Assembly: GCA_040756415.1 (NCBI GenBank) | Contig: JBFLYZ010000013.1 | Coordinates: 3,768-67,767, forward strand | DNA: 64,000 nt | From: Bacteroidota bacterium | GTDB lineage: Bacteria; Bacteroidota; Bacteroidia; JADZBD01 | Direction of reading: 5' to 3' | Shown here: positions 36,744 through 45,623 of the stretch, piece after piece | Layout of the letters: each line of letters opens with the position of its first letter | Position numbering within the stretch: the stretch's first letter is position 1 | Made by a program: the position numbers and the translations under genes | The notes under the pieces: model-generated | Told to the model about the DNA's origin: nothing | Databases searched by the model: none | The model's input: only the letters and a program-made list of their open reading frames with translations

Positions 36744-37220
36744 ATGAAAAACCGGGCTTCAGAGCTGGTAAAAGAGCTGAGCGGGCGCTCGCTCACCCTG
36801 GCGCTGGGCGAGAGCATGACCTGCGGTCTTGCGGCTAACCGGCTCAATTCGCGCAGAGGAACAAAAGATGTGCTGGCAGGCAGCATGGTTTGTTACCGGC
36901 CGGAGAGTAAAACACGGGCGCTGAAGGTTCCAGCGCACGTCATCCGGAAGTTCAGCGCAGAATCGCAGCAGGTCACCGATGCCATGGCGAAGAACCTGCA
37001 CCGTCTTTTTTCCGCGGATATATACGCGGCCATCACCGGGCTTTCGGCTCCCGGGGGCAGCGAGAGCCGCAGCAAGCCCGTAGGCACCGTGTTCATGTCG
37101 GTATGGTACAGGAAAAAACTATTCCGGAAGAGAAAATTGTTCCGCGGCCGGCCACAACAGATCAAGGCCAAGGCATGCGAGGCCCTATTTGCGCTGATAT
37201 TAGATACCATAAAAAGCTGA
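36744..37220 (+). CDS. CinA C-terminal domain family protein (PncC-like nicotinamide-nucleotide amidohydrolase)
   Basis: 158 aa. LTLALGESMTCGLAANRL corresponds to the CinA ...AESCTGG... motif. AITGLSAPGG...KPVGTVF and the C-terminal helix are typical of the family. Confidence 0.7.
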   Translation: MKNRASELVKELSGRSLTLALGESMTCGLAANRLNSRRGTKDVLAGSMVCYRPESKTRALKVPAHVIRKFSAESQQVTDAMAKNLHRLFSADIYAAITGLSAPGGSESRSKPVGTVFMSVWYRKKLFRKRKLFRGRPQQIKAKACEALFALILDTIKS

Positions 37221-37222
37221 GC

Positions 37223-38140
37223 TCAGCGCGGCCGGCAAAAGATCTCAGCTATCATGCAGCGCACGCTGCCACCGCCAACGGTCTCTATGGTTGGGATGGC
37301 CAGAGGAAGCAGCCGGGCATATTTTTCCAGCCCTGAACGCTGATCTGCGTGAAGGCTGGCATAAGCGCTTTCAGAGAGGGCCAGCAGGATCTCGTTGCGG
37401 TGCGTGCTAAGGCAAAGCATATTTCCGGCAAAGCGTTCCATCTGTTCTGAGCTGATACAGATCACTTCATGTCCGTTACCGCTCAATGAAGACAGCAGGG
37501 CTTTCGCTTCTCTTTCATCGGTAATGCTATCGGGGCAAACTACCGCAAAGCCAGCGCCCAGGCACATCATCACATTGGTGTGGTAGATGGGCTGTCCCCT
37601 CCTGTCGCAGGCACGAAAGTAATGAGGGCGATACCCTATCTGCCCGCATAGCGATGTGAAGAGCGCACGATCCGTGCGGGGAGAGAGACAGGCGTAGGCG
37701 ACCTGGTTCAGGTGATCGAACACGATGCTGCCGGTACCCTCCAGGAAACGGTCCTCTTTTTCATGGACAGAAAGATCGATGATCTTCCCGATCTCGAAAT
37801 CACGTTTAAGGGACTCAATGATATCCATGCGCCTTTCGGACCTGCGGTTGGGCGCCTGCATGGGGTAAAGGATCACGGTACCGTCAGCATGGAAAGTGAT
37901 CCAGTTGTTGGGAAAAACGGCATCGGGCTTGGGCGGCTCGTCCGTATCATCAAAAACAAATACGTTGAGGCCCTCCGAACGCAGGCGTGCCGCAAAGGCA
38001 TCGAACTCTTCCTTCGCCCTGCACGCGATCCCTTCCGGGGCCATTTCCACGGATCGCTGAAAAGCATTGGAAGCAGCGGTCTGCGAGTTGAAGACAAACC
38101 CCGATGGCCTTACGAGCAGGATATTGTTCGCTGGCTGCAA
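37223..38140 (-). CDS. Guanidino-group-modifying enzyme superfamily protein (arginine deiminase-related / CtlX-like amidinotransferase fold)
   Basis: 305 aa. The C-terminal GGGSVRCMIAEIF carries the catalytic-Cys signature of the amidinotransferase/DDAH/ADI superfamily. The N-terminus ILLVRPSGFVFNSQTAASNAFQ resembles CtlX-type proteins. Confidence 0.7.
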   Translation of the reverse strand: MQPANNILLVRPSGFVFNSQTAASNAFQRSVEMAPEGIACRAKEEFDAFAARLRSEGLNVFVFDDTDEPPKPDAVFPNNWITFHADGTVILYPMQAPNRRSERRMDIIESLKRDFEIGKIIDLSVHEKEDRFLEGTGSIVFDHLNQVAYACLSPRTDRALFTSLCGQIGYRPHYFRACDRRGQPIYHTNVMMCLGAGFAVVCPDSITDEREAKALLSSLSGNGHEVICISSEQMERFAGNMLCLSTHRNEILLALSESAYASLHADQRSGLEKYARLLPLAIPTIETVGGGSVRCMIAEIFCRPR

Positions 38141-38154
38141 TTACACGGATCAGA

Positions 38155-38913
38155 TCAGTTCAGAACGATCTTCCTGATGGCAAGCTGCTCTCCCGTCCGC
38201 ACATGGACCAGGTAGACTCCTTTAGGGCAATCCGAAAGGTCTATCTCCGCCTCTTTGCCCGTCAGCGACACCTCCCGTATCTTTTCTCCCAGCGTATTGT
38301 AAATACTTACCTGGCTGAGCTCCGTTTCTGCTATAATGGTAAACAGGCCGGATGAAGGGTTAGGCTGGACCTGAAAGAGGCCGATATTCAATTCAGCCTG
38401 CCCGGTTGCAAAGCTGATCGTTACAGGGGCGCAGCAGCACCGGCCGTTCTGATCGGTAGCGCAAACGGTGTAGGTGCCCGGGCAAAGTCCGGTAACGGTT
38501 TGTGTGGTCTGTCCGCCAGGCGCCCACGAATAGGTGTAAGGCGGGCTTCCGCCAGCTACGTTCACCGTTGCGCTGCCATCGCAGCAGGTGGAGCAGGAAG
38601 CATTGGTGGGCGTGGTGGTGTACGTAGAGAAAGGACCGGTTATGGTAGTTGATGCGGTACAAAAATTTCCCATCGCATCTACCACCACAACGGTATAAGT
38701 GCCCTGGCAAAGGCCGGTAACGCTGGAGGTGCTTTGCCCGCCCGACCAGGAATACATGTAGGGCGGTGTGCCTCCGCTGACAAAGGCCTGCGCGGTGCCG
38801 TCACAGGCGCCACAGCAGGATTCATTGGTTTTCTGTAGCTGCACGAAGCATTGTGCGAATGCGTGTATGCCCAGCGTAACGCAGAGCATGAAAGTGAGTA
38901 AGGCTGTTCTCAT
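38155..38913 (-). CDS. Small secreted protein with two SprB-type repeats and a T9SS type A sorting domain
   Basis: Start at MRTALLTFMLCVTLGIHAFAQ; ATG 38958 is an alternative. Two repeats: CCGACDGTAQAFVSGGTPPYMYSW...GLCQGTYTVVVVDAMGN and CSTCCDGSATVNVAGGSPPYTYSW...GLCPGTYTVCATDQNG. The CTD is VQPNPSSGLFTI...IYNTLGEKI...GVYLVHVRT...RKIVLN. Confidence 0.8.
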   Translation of the reverse strand: MRTALLTFMLCVTLGIHAFAQCFVQLQKTNESCCGACDGTAQAFVSGGTPPYMYSWSGGQSTSSVTGLCQGTYTVVVVDAMGNFCTASTTITGPFSTYTTTPTNASCSTCCDGSATVNVAGGSPPYTYSWAPGGQTTQTVTGLCPGTYTVCATDQNGRCCCAPVTISFATGQAELNIGLFQVQPNPSSGLFTIIAETELSQVSIYNTLGEKIREVSLTGKEAEIDLSDCPKGVYLVHVRTGEQLAIRKIVLN

Positions 38914-38930
38914 AGGGTGAAGGTTTTTGG

Positions 38931-39791
38931 TTAATGAATAATTATCTTTTTGATCCATGTGTTCTCTCTGTCGCGAAGCTGTACCAGGTAAAGGCCGGCC
39001 GGTTGCGCTGAAATATCGATCAGTGTTCCGCTGAGGTAATTCGCCAGGCTTGCGATCTCGCGGCCCTGTATATCCGTTATGGTCACATCCGCGCTCCCGG
39101 TGACGGAACCGATGCTGAACACCCCGTCCTGCTCGGTCATGAAAATGGCCGGCTCTTCATTTGCCTCGTTTGTGCCGGTGATGGCGCTTCCGGTGATAAG
39201 AATATTATCGATGGCGAAGGAGGGATTGGTGCCATACCCCGAGCTGGTGAAGCCGAAGCGCAGCCTTAGGTTGGACTGGTTGAGGAGGCCCGGTTCCTGG
39301 GCGGAAGTAATGATCTGGGTGGTCCATGCGGGCTGCCCGTTGTATTGGGTGATGGGATTGGTCATGAGGGTCCAGGTTGAACCGCCATCGGTGCTGTATT
39401 CGATAAACCCGAAGCTGGAAAGCACCGGGCCCGTCTGTCCCTGGCAGAGCCAGTCGAACTGTATGTTCACCTGCGGCTGGCCCACGGTGCTGAAGCCACT
39501 GGTCATGGTCGAATACACCGTTTCGCCCGATCCCATGCCCAGTATCACGTAGGTAGCGCAATAGTCGGCATTCAGGTCATCGTACACGTGCATGTAATTG
39601 CCTCCTCCCTGGTCGGCCGTGGGATAGGTGCAGTTGTACACGTTATTGACGGTCCAGAAATTAAAGGCATTGCCCTGCCCCAGTTGCCAGCCAGCGCTGC
39701 CGCCCGTGAAGTCATTCTGGTACAGGGTGGTTTGAGCGGGAATTGAAAGGCTAAGGAATAATGCGGAGATGAAGAGTAGATTTCTTTTCAT
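38931..39791 (-). CDS. Secreted protein with T9SS type A sorting domain (N-terminal beta-rich domain of unknown family)
   Basis: Start at MKRNLLFISALFLSLSIPAQ (signal peptide). The longer ORF to 39923 lacks one. The C-terminus VFSIGSVTGSADVTITDIQGREIASL...AGLYLVQLRD...KKIIIH fits a type A CTD. Confidence 0.75.
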   Translation of the reverse strand: MKRNLLFISALFLSLSIPAQTTLYQNDFTGGSAGWQLGQGNAFNFWTVNNVYNCTYPTADQGGGNYMHVYDDLNADYCATYVILGMGSGETVYSTMTSGFSTVGQPQVNIQFDWLCQGQTGPVLSSFGFIEYSTDGGSTWTLMTNPITQYNGQPAWTTQIITSAQEPGLLNQSNLRLRFGFTSSGYGTNPSFAIDNILITGSAITGTNEANEEPAIFMTEQDGVFSIGSVTGSADVTITDIQGREIASLANYLSGTLIDISAQPAGLYLVQLRDRENTWIKKIIIH

Positions 39792-39944
39792 AGGGTGTGA
39801 TTTAAAAACAAAGATAAGAAAACTCGGGTCATCGGGCAGGGGATGTCCTGTGGCAGGCATCAGGACTGCCTTGGGTTTGCGAAGCAGGCCGGGAAGACGG
39901 AGTACAGGCCAGCAGCAACACAAACAATATGGGAAAATACCGGT

Positions 39945-40304
39945 TCATATCCTATCCGGTTTTTCCCTGGTCAGTTCATTTTGTTCATTACCGGTATTGA
40001 TCGTACCTGCCGGTTCGAAAAGCATGACAGACACTTCGTTCTCCGCCACGGGCCTGTGCTCTACACCGCGGGGCACGATGAGGAATTCGTTCTTTTTCAG
40101 CTTAACGGTTTTGTCGCGGAACTGCATGTCGAACTCGCCTTCGAGCACGTAGAACAATTCATCCTCGTGGTCGTGCTTGTGCCAGACAAACTCGCCTTTG
40201 AACTTCACGAGCTTTACCTGCTGCCCGTTGAGCTCGCCCGCAATGCGCGGGTTCCAGTGGTCGGAGAAGAGTGACAGTTTCTCGGCTATATTGACCTTTT
40301 CCAT
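39945..40304 (-). CDS. Cupin domain protein
   Basis: 119 aa. The cupin motifs GEFVWHKHDHEDELFYVLEG and LIVPRGVEHRP are present. Confidence 0.8.
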   Translation of the reverse strand: MEKVNIAEKLSLFSDHWNPRIAGELNGQQVKLVKFKGEFVWHKHDHEDELFYVLEGEFDMQFRDKTVKLKKNEFLIVPRGVEHRPVAENEVSVMLFEPAGTINTGNEQNELTREKPDRI

Positions 40305-40306
40305 GC

Positions 40307-40768
40307 TTAGCTTTTCTCTGAAAGTTCCTTTACGATCTGCAGGGCTTTGGGAAATACCTCGCTGAAATATTTCCTGTGCTCATCCGTAACATCTATATCC
40401 ACGGTCAGCGCGGTGCCCGCGTCCTTTTCTCTTAGCGTATAGTTCTCCATGGCTCCCGACCATTTTTTGCTCTCCTCACCGAGCGGCTGCTCCTTTCCTT
40501 CTTTTATCACACCCAGGTGTTTGAAGGACATGAGTTCAGGCCTCAGGCTTTTGGCGATGGTGCTGTACATGCCGTCACCGCTGGGTGAGAGAAAATGCAC
40601 TTTGCTGCCTTCCTTCCAGTCGCTTACGGCATAGGAACCTTCGCTGAATACGCGGGTCCACTGGCGGTAGCTATTGTCGTTCCACAAGACATCCCAGACT
40701 TTTTCGCGGGGGGCTTTGATCTGGATGGCAAAGCTGAGCCTGTTTATGTTTGGTAATTTGATGAACAA
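40307..40768 (-). CDS. SRPBCC superfamily protein (AHSA1/START-like)
   Basis: 153 aa. IKAPREKVWDVLWNDNSYRQW and a mixed beta/C-terminal-helix pattern are typical of Aha1-like SRPBCC proteins. Confidence 0.7.
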   Translation of the reverse strand: MFIKLPNINRLSFAIQIKAPREKVWDVLWNDNSYRQWTRVFSEGSYAVSDWKEGSKVHFLSPSGDGMYSTIAKSLRPELMSFKHLGVIKEGKEQPLGEESKKWSGAMENYTLREKDAGTALTVDIDVTDEHRKYFSEVFPKALQIVKELSEKS

Positions 40769-40811
40769 AGCTACTAAACGCGAAGCAGATTCACGCGAAT
40801 CCGATGGAGAT

Positions 40812-41270
40812 TTAGTTTTCTGCCAGCGATTTTATATTGGAAAGGATCTTCGCCTGTATCCTACCCATCATTTTTTTCATCATCAGGGCATTCATGATCT
40901 TAGCCATAAGGGTAACAGGTTGATAGTACGATTCGTTTATTATTTTTGTTTTATCGTTCCCGATTTTTTCCAGATAGAAGCAAAATCGCGTACCGCTGAG
41001 CATTTTTTTCATTCCCATGGTATCATTTTCAATGGTCCAAACGGTTTTCTGTCCAGGAACAAGCTCAATGAGCTTTTCGGTCATAATCCCTTTTTTCCCG
41101 TTGTTGCTCATCTCACAGGTTCGCGTTGCGCCCTGCTGGTCCATGCTGCCTTTTGCTGAAATTACTCCCGGGTTAACCTTGTGAAGTAAATTAATGTCCG
41201 TAATGATGGCCCAAACCTTGCTTACCGGGGCATTGATCAGGGTTTCATTTCTTGCTTGTAGTTTGCTCAT
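40812..41270 (-). CDS. SRPBCC superfamily protein (polyketide cyclase/dehydrase-like)
   Basis: 152 aa. It has INAPVSKVWAIITDINLLHKVNPGV and the size and pattern of the family. Confidence 0.7.
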   Translation of the reverse strand: MSKLQARNETLINAPVSKVWAIITDINLLHKVNPGVISAKGSMDQQGATRTCEMSNNGKKGIMTEKLIELVPGQKTVWTIENDTMGMKKMLSGTRFCFYLEKIGNDKTKIINESYYQPVTLMAKIMNALMMKKMMGRIQAKILSNIKSLAEN

Positions 41271-41308
41271 GATACGTTGATTTCGGGTTAGTTGTGCAAA
41301 GGTATAAC

Positions 41309-41331
41309 ATTACTTGTATTTTGCAAGTAAT
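41309..41331. promoter_or_regulatory. Perfect 8-bp inverted repeat (candidate HxlR operator) in a divergent promoter region
   Basis: ATTACTTG-tattttg-CAAGTAAT lies between the SRPBCC gene (start 41270, minus strand) and the HxlR-family gene (plus strand). Confidence 0.4.
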
Positions 41332-41347
41332 ATTATATCTTTGCTGT

Positions 41348-41773
41348 GTGAAGAAAAAAAAGATCAGGAAGAGGTCTTTATGCCCCATAAGCTCTGCCTT
41401 GGATATTTTTGGAGACAAATGGTCCCTGCTCGTTTTGCGGGATATCATGTTCGACAATAAAAGTACGTATGGGGATTTCCTGCGCTCGGATGAGAATATC
41501 GCTACGAACATCCTTGCCGACAGGCTGTTGATGCTGGAATGCGCTGGGATGATCGTCAAGGAAAGGCACCCGGAAAACGGAACAAAGTTCCTTTATAAGC
41601 CTACGCAGAAAGCGATTGACCTGTTGCCAGCCCTTTTGGAGCTCATTGTGTGGAGCGATAAGCATGAGCGGATATCCGTCCGCGCCAGAGAATTTGCCAG
41701 ACAGATCAGGAAGGACAGGGAATCAATCATCAGGCAGATGTCTGCTTACCTGAAAAGCATTTCTGAAAAGTAG
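41348..41773 (+). CDS. HxlR family transcriptional regulator
   Basis: CPISSALDIFGDKWSLLVLRDIM...STYGDFL is the HxlR winged-helix signature. There is no in-frame ATG before this motif, so GTG 41348 (or GTG 41294) is the probable start. Confidence 0.8.
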   Translation: MKKKKIRKRSLCPISSALDIFGDKWSLLVLRDIMFDNKSTYGDFLRSDENIATNILADRLLMLECAGMIVKERHPENGTKFLYKPTQKAIDLLPALLELIVWSDKHERISVRAREFARQIRKDRESIIRQMSAYLKSISEK

Positions 41774-41876
41774 CCGCGGCCAAACCGAAGATTGCTGAAG
41801 GGCGCCCGCCCGCTTTGCCGAAATCCGTAGGGGATGCAGGATATACGTAAAGATAAATTGCTTCCGTTGAAGGATT

Positions 41877-43262
41877 TCACACCTTCACCTCTTTCCATTT
41901 TCCCTTCCGGAAATAATACCAGGCGAAGAGGGCGATGAGGCTCTCGGCAACGGGAATGGCGATGAAGGCGCCAACAGCCCCTTCATCAAGCCCCTTGGCG
42001 ATGAAATAGGCCAGGGGGATCTGGATCAGCCAGAAGCATACGAAGTTGATAATAGTAGGCGTGCGCGTGTCGCCCGCTCCGTTCAGGGCCTGGGTCATCA
42101 CCATGCCTATACCGTAGAAAATGAATCCCGATCCGATGATCTGCAGGGCCTGTGCGCCATAGGCCACTACTTCCTCTTTCTGGGAAAAGATGCGCACGAT
42201 GGGCTCGGCAAGGAAGATGAAGGTCAGCATTACCAGGCTCATGAAGATGACGTTGTATTTTACGGTAAGAAAAACGCTTTGCTGTGCCCGCTCGGGGTTC
42301 TTCGCGCCCAGGTTCTGTCCTACCAGGGTGGCAGCCGCATTGCTCAGTCCCCAGGCCGGAAGGATGAAGAAGACCAGGTTGCGGAAGGCGATCTGGTAGC
42401 CGGCTGAAGCATCCGTGCCTCCCGTTTCGGCCACCAGGCGGGTGAGGAAGATCCAGCTTCCGCTGGCGATGATGAACTGGAAAGTAGCGGGCCAGGCGAT
42501 ACCGACCAGCGAACGCACCAGGGCCTTGTTGTAATTGAAATGCGACAGGCGAATGCTGAGGGCACCGCTGCCCTTGAACAGATGATAGCATTGATACAGC
42601 ACGCCTGAGCTGCGGCCTATGACCGTGGCGATGGCAGCGCCTTTCAGCCCGAAGAAATGGATCAGGACAGGGCAGAGAACGATGTTCACCCCGCTGGCCA
42701 GCCAGAGGCTTTTCATGGCCATTGCGGCATCGCCCGCCCCGCGGAAGATCCCGTTGATGAGAAAGAGCAGGATGATGGACAGGCATCCGCCCATCATGAT
42801 GCGGGTGAAGACCGCGCCTTCTCTCACTACTTCCTCGCTGGCGCCCATCAGCCGGAGTATGTCGGCCGCAAAGATCATCCCCGGTATGCTGATCACTACG
42901 GTAACGATCAGGGCCACGATCAGGGATTGCGCACCGGCATGCGCGGCCGCTTCGGGATCTTTTTCCCCTATCCTGCGCGCCACGATGGCCGTTACGCCCG
43001 TGCTGAGGCCTATGGCGATGGAATAAACGATGGTCAGCACCGATTCGGTCAGGCCCACGGTGGCGATGGCGTTCTCACCCAGCTTACCCACGAAGAACAT
43101 GTCTACCACCGCGAACACGCTTTCCAGGCAAAGCTCCAGCATCATGGGAATGGCAAGCAGAAAAACTGCCCGCGGCATGCTGCCCTGGGTATAATCCACG
43201 TTTCCGCCCCTGAGCGACTGGCGGACGAGAGAAAAGGCGGTTCTTATTTTGCTTGGGGCCAT
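41877..43262 (-). CDS. MATE family efflux transporter
   Basis: About 460 aa with 12 predicted TM helices. The N-terminus ...GSMPRAVFLLAIPMMLELCLESVFAVVDMFFVGKLG and repeated halves are typical of NorM/DinF-type MATE proteins. Start is at MAPSKIR. Confidence 0.85.
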   Translation of the reverse strand: MAPSKIRTAFSLVRQSLRGGNVDYTQGSMPRAVFLLAIPMMLELCLESVFAVVDMFFVGKLGENAIATVGLTESVLTIVYSIAIGLSTGVTAIVARRIGEKDPEAAAHAGAQSLIVALIVTVVISIPGMIFAADILRLMGASEEVVREGAVFTRIMMGGCLSIILLFLINGIFRGAGDAAMAMKSLWLASGVNIVLCPVLIHFFGLKGAAIATVIGRSSGVLYQCYHLFKGSGALSIRLSHFNYNKALVRSLVGIAWPATFQFIIASGSWIFLTRLVAETGGTDASAGYQIAFRNLVFFILPAWGLSNAAATLVGQNLGAKNPERAQQSVFLTVKYNVIFMSLVMLTFIFLAEPIVRIFSQKEEVVAYGAQALQIIGSGFIFYGIGMVMTQALNGAGDTRTPTIINFVCFWLIQIPLAYFIAKGLDEGAVGAFIAIPVAESLIALFAWYYFRKGKWKEVKV

Positions 43263-43423
43263 TTTGAGAAACGGGGGGCGAAAATACAGTTTTTTTCGGC
43301 CCGTCAGGTTCTTTAAAGGAGCCCCCACCGGGTTGTCAACCTTCTTGTTAAAAGGGTAGCGGTTATCTGGATTTTATGGAATCGATTGTTGAGGCTGACG
43401 AGTGAAAGAGAAATGGAGATGGA

Positions 43424-43768
43424 TCATACCATCGTGCGGTTGCAATACGTGTCCTTTTCAAATTCCCGTATATTCATGGAAATGACCGGGACTTCGGGGA
43501 ACATATCTTTGAGCTTCATAACGATCTGCCTGGAGAGATAAGCTTTCTGCTCGGTGGTGCGGCCTTCCATGATATTGCCGAACACATGAATGAAATCAGC
43601 GCTGGTGTTTCCTACGTTGTAATGAACGTAGGGGCGTATCCTCACTTTGATATCCCCCGGTTTGAAAAGGCCGGTGGCGTCAGCGGTATCGTGAACTTCT
43701 TTCAGTATTTTTTCGGACGAATACCGCGTGAGCAGGGCTTCGGGACAGTCGATGATGAAATGAGGCAT
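43424..43768 (-). CDS. 5-carboxymethyl-2-hydroxymuconate isomerase family (tautomerase superfamily) protein
   Basis: 114 aa. It begins MPHFIIDC (catalytic Pro1 after Met removal) with the length and pattern of CHMI-family proteins. Confidence 0.7.
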   Translation of the reverse strand: MPHFIIDCPEALLTRYSSEKILKEVHDTADATGLFKPGDIKVRIRPYVHYNVGNTSADFIHVFGNIMEGRTTEQKAYLSRQIVMKLKDMFPEVPVISMNIREFEKDTYCNRTMV

Positions 43769-43892
43769 GGCTTTATTTTTTGTTTTTTAGGTATTCAGCT
43801 TCAACCTGAACCGTATTATACGCCTGATTGGCTTAAGGGAATTGAGCCGGGCCCTTTCCGCAATTCGGGTTATGCTCGGCATTTTGTTCCTA

Positions 43893-45620
43893 TCAGCCTA
43901 GTCTTTCCAGTTCCAGCACCAGCTCTCTTGCAAGGGCCATCATTCTCTTGTCCGAATCGTGTGCGGGTAAATGGGCGTACTTGGCCATTTCGCAGGTGTC
44001 GAGGATGTGAATGAGCTCGTCTGTCCTTTCCTTCGGGAATTTCCTGCTTTCCAGGGCCTCGCGAATGTTCTCCCGGCTGATCTCCGCTTTCTCTATGTTC
44101 AGTTTGCCGCTCAGGTAGTTATAAAAACCTTTAAGCAGGGCATCATAGAACTTCATGTTTTGCCCCTGCATCAGGTATTCTGCGGCCAGTTCGAGAAAAC
44201 CGGTACCGGTCTTTTTTCTTTGCGGAGGGGACGCAGCATGAACGGCCTGTTCGTGATGCCCTAGCTGTGGAGAAGGCTGTGGCGGTTCGGGCGCTGGAGG
44301 TGCCGGTTTCCTTTTGCGCACGGCAAGGAAGATGATCAGCGCGAGTAAAGGGAGCCCGATTACGAAATAGATGCCGGGCGAGCTCCACACGCTTCCGCCA
44401 TTTTCAGGCCCCGAAGCCGTGTTGCCGTCCTCATCGCTGGCGGCCCCTTCGCCTGCGATGACCTGTATCTCTGGCGCGGTAAAAGTGACGTAATCCTTCT
44501 TTTTTATGTCGAAATAGGAGAACGGTTCGGGCCTGATGGTGTAGTTGCCCTTCTTGCGCGGGATGAGCACGTATTCGAAGGATTTGCTGCCGCTGATGCC
44601 TTCTGGAGTAAGGTAAAAATTGTCAACGCTCTTGGGAGGAAAGACCTCGATCTCCTGCGGAACGTCCAGCTTAGGCGCTGTGATGAGGTCGAAATTGCCG
44701 TTGCCCGATATCTTCAGGCTGATGGTGACGGCCTCGTTCGCTTTCAGCTCGGTCTTGTCAGCGCTCGATTCGATGGAAAAGATGCCGACATATTTATTGA
44801 AGTTCACCGGCTTGTTGCGCGGTGGCAGGACACGCACGAACAATTGCCCGGTTACGCCTTTCAGGTCGTATTCGTATTCACCCAGGCGATTTCCTGAATT
44901 GTCAAATACCTTTACCCGGGCGTTCATGGCAGGCACTTCGATCTGCCCCGTTTTCTGCGGGTAGGCCAGCACCTCGCGCAGGATAACGGTATAGAACTGC
45001 CTGCCGTTGATCTCGTCCACCTCGTTCAGCCCTCTGCTCTCGTTCATCACCTTGGTCCAGAACCCATCATAGGCCGGGTAGTCCATTTTATCGAAGCTGA
45101 TGATCTCGTTCTGCGAGTAGATCTTGTGCGTGATGAGTATGGGTTCGCCCTCGTAAACCGTGTCGCGGCTCAGGTTCGTAACGATGAACACGCTTTTGTT
45201 GATGCCCGTGATCACCTTTTTGCTGCCTTTGGAAATGCTGCCCGTGATGGATTCGGTAACCACGATATCGAAGGACTGGGTATAATAGGTTTTGCCTTTG
45301 ACCGTGATGGAAGCCGGCCCGATAGAGAATACGCCTTCGCGGATGGGCGTCAGTATATAGGAGAGCCGGGTAATGGTGGTCACTTTGTTGTTGACGATCT
45401 CCACGCTGGTGAACGTATTGGGTCCGGATATGATCCTGAACCCGGCAAACGAGGGTGTCTGGAAATCGGGCAGGTCGGTGTTCGATTCGTAAGTAACCAC
45501 CAGCTCTTCGCCCACACCGAGCTGGGTACGGTCAACGCGGCCCTCGAACTTCACTTTCTGCGCCAGCAGAATGCCGGGCAGGAGGGCAAAAAGAAAAAGC
45601 AGGTTACGCATGCTGTTCAT
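43893..45620 (-). CDS. batD: BatD family oxygen-tolerance protein
   Basis: 575 aa. It has a signal peptide, a BatD-like N-terminus (KFEGRVDRTQLGVGEELVVTYESN), a late TM helix (IYFVIGLPLLALIIFLAV) and a cytoplasmic tail. It is the last gene of the Bat operon. Confidence 0.8.
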   Translation of the reverse strand: MNSMRNLLFLFALLPGILLAQKVKFEGRVDRTQLGVGEELVVTYESNTDLPDFQTPSFAGFRIISGPNTFTSVEIVNNKVTTITRLSYILTPIREGVFSIGPASITVKGKTYYTQSFDIVVTESITGSISKGSKKVITGINKSVFIVTNLSRDTVYEGEPILITHKIYSQNEIISFDKMDYPAYDGFWTKVMNESRGLNEVDEINGRQFYTVILREVLAYPQKTGQIEVPAMNARVKVFDNSGNRLGEYEYDLKGVTGQLFVRVLPPRNKPVNFNKYVGIFSIESSADKTELKANEAVTISLKISGNGNFDLITAPKLDVPQEIEVFPPKSVDNFYLTPEGISGSKSFEYVLIPRKKGNYTIRPEPFSYFDIKKKDYVTFTAPEIQVIAGEGAASDEDGNTASGPENGGSVWSSPGIYFVIGLPLLALIIFLAVRKRKPAPPAPEPPQPSPQLGHHEQAVHAASPPQRKKTGTGFLELAAEYLMQGQNMKFYDALLKGFYNYLSGKLNIEKAEISRENIREALESRKFPKERTDELIHILDTCEMAKYAHLPAHDSDKRMMALARELVLELERLG

Positions 45621-45623
45621 GGC

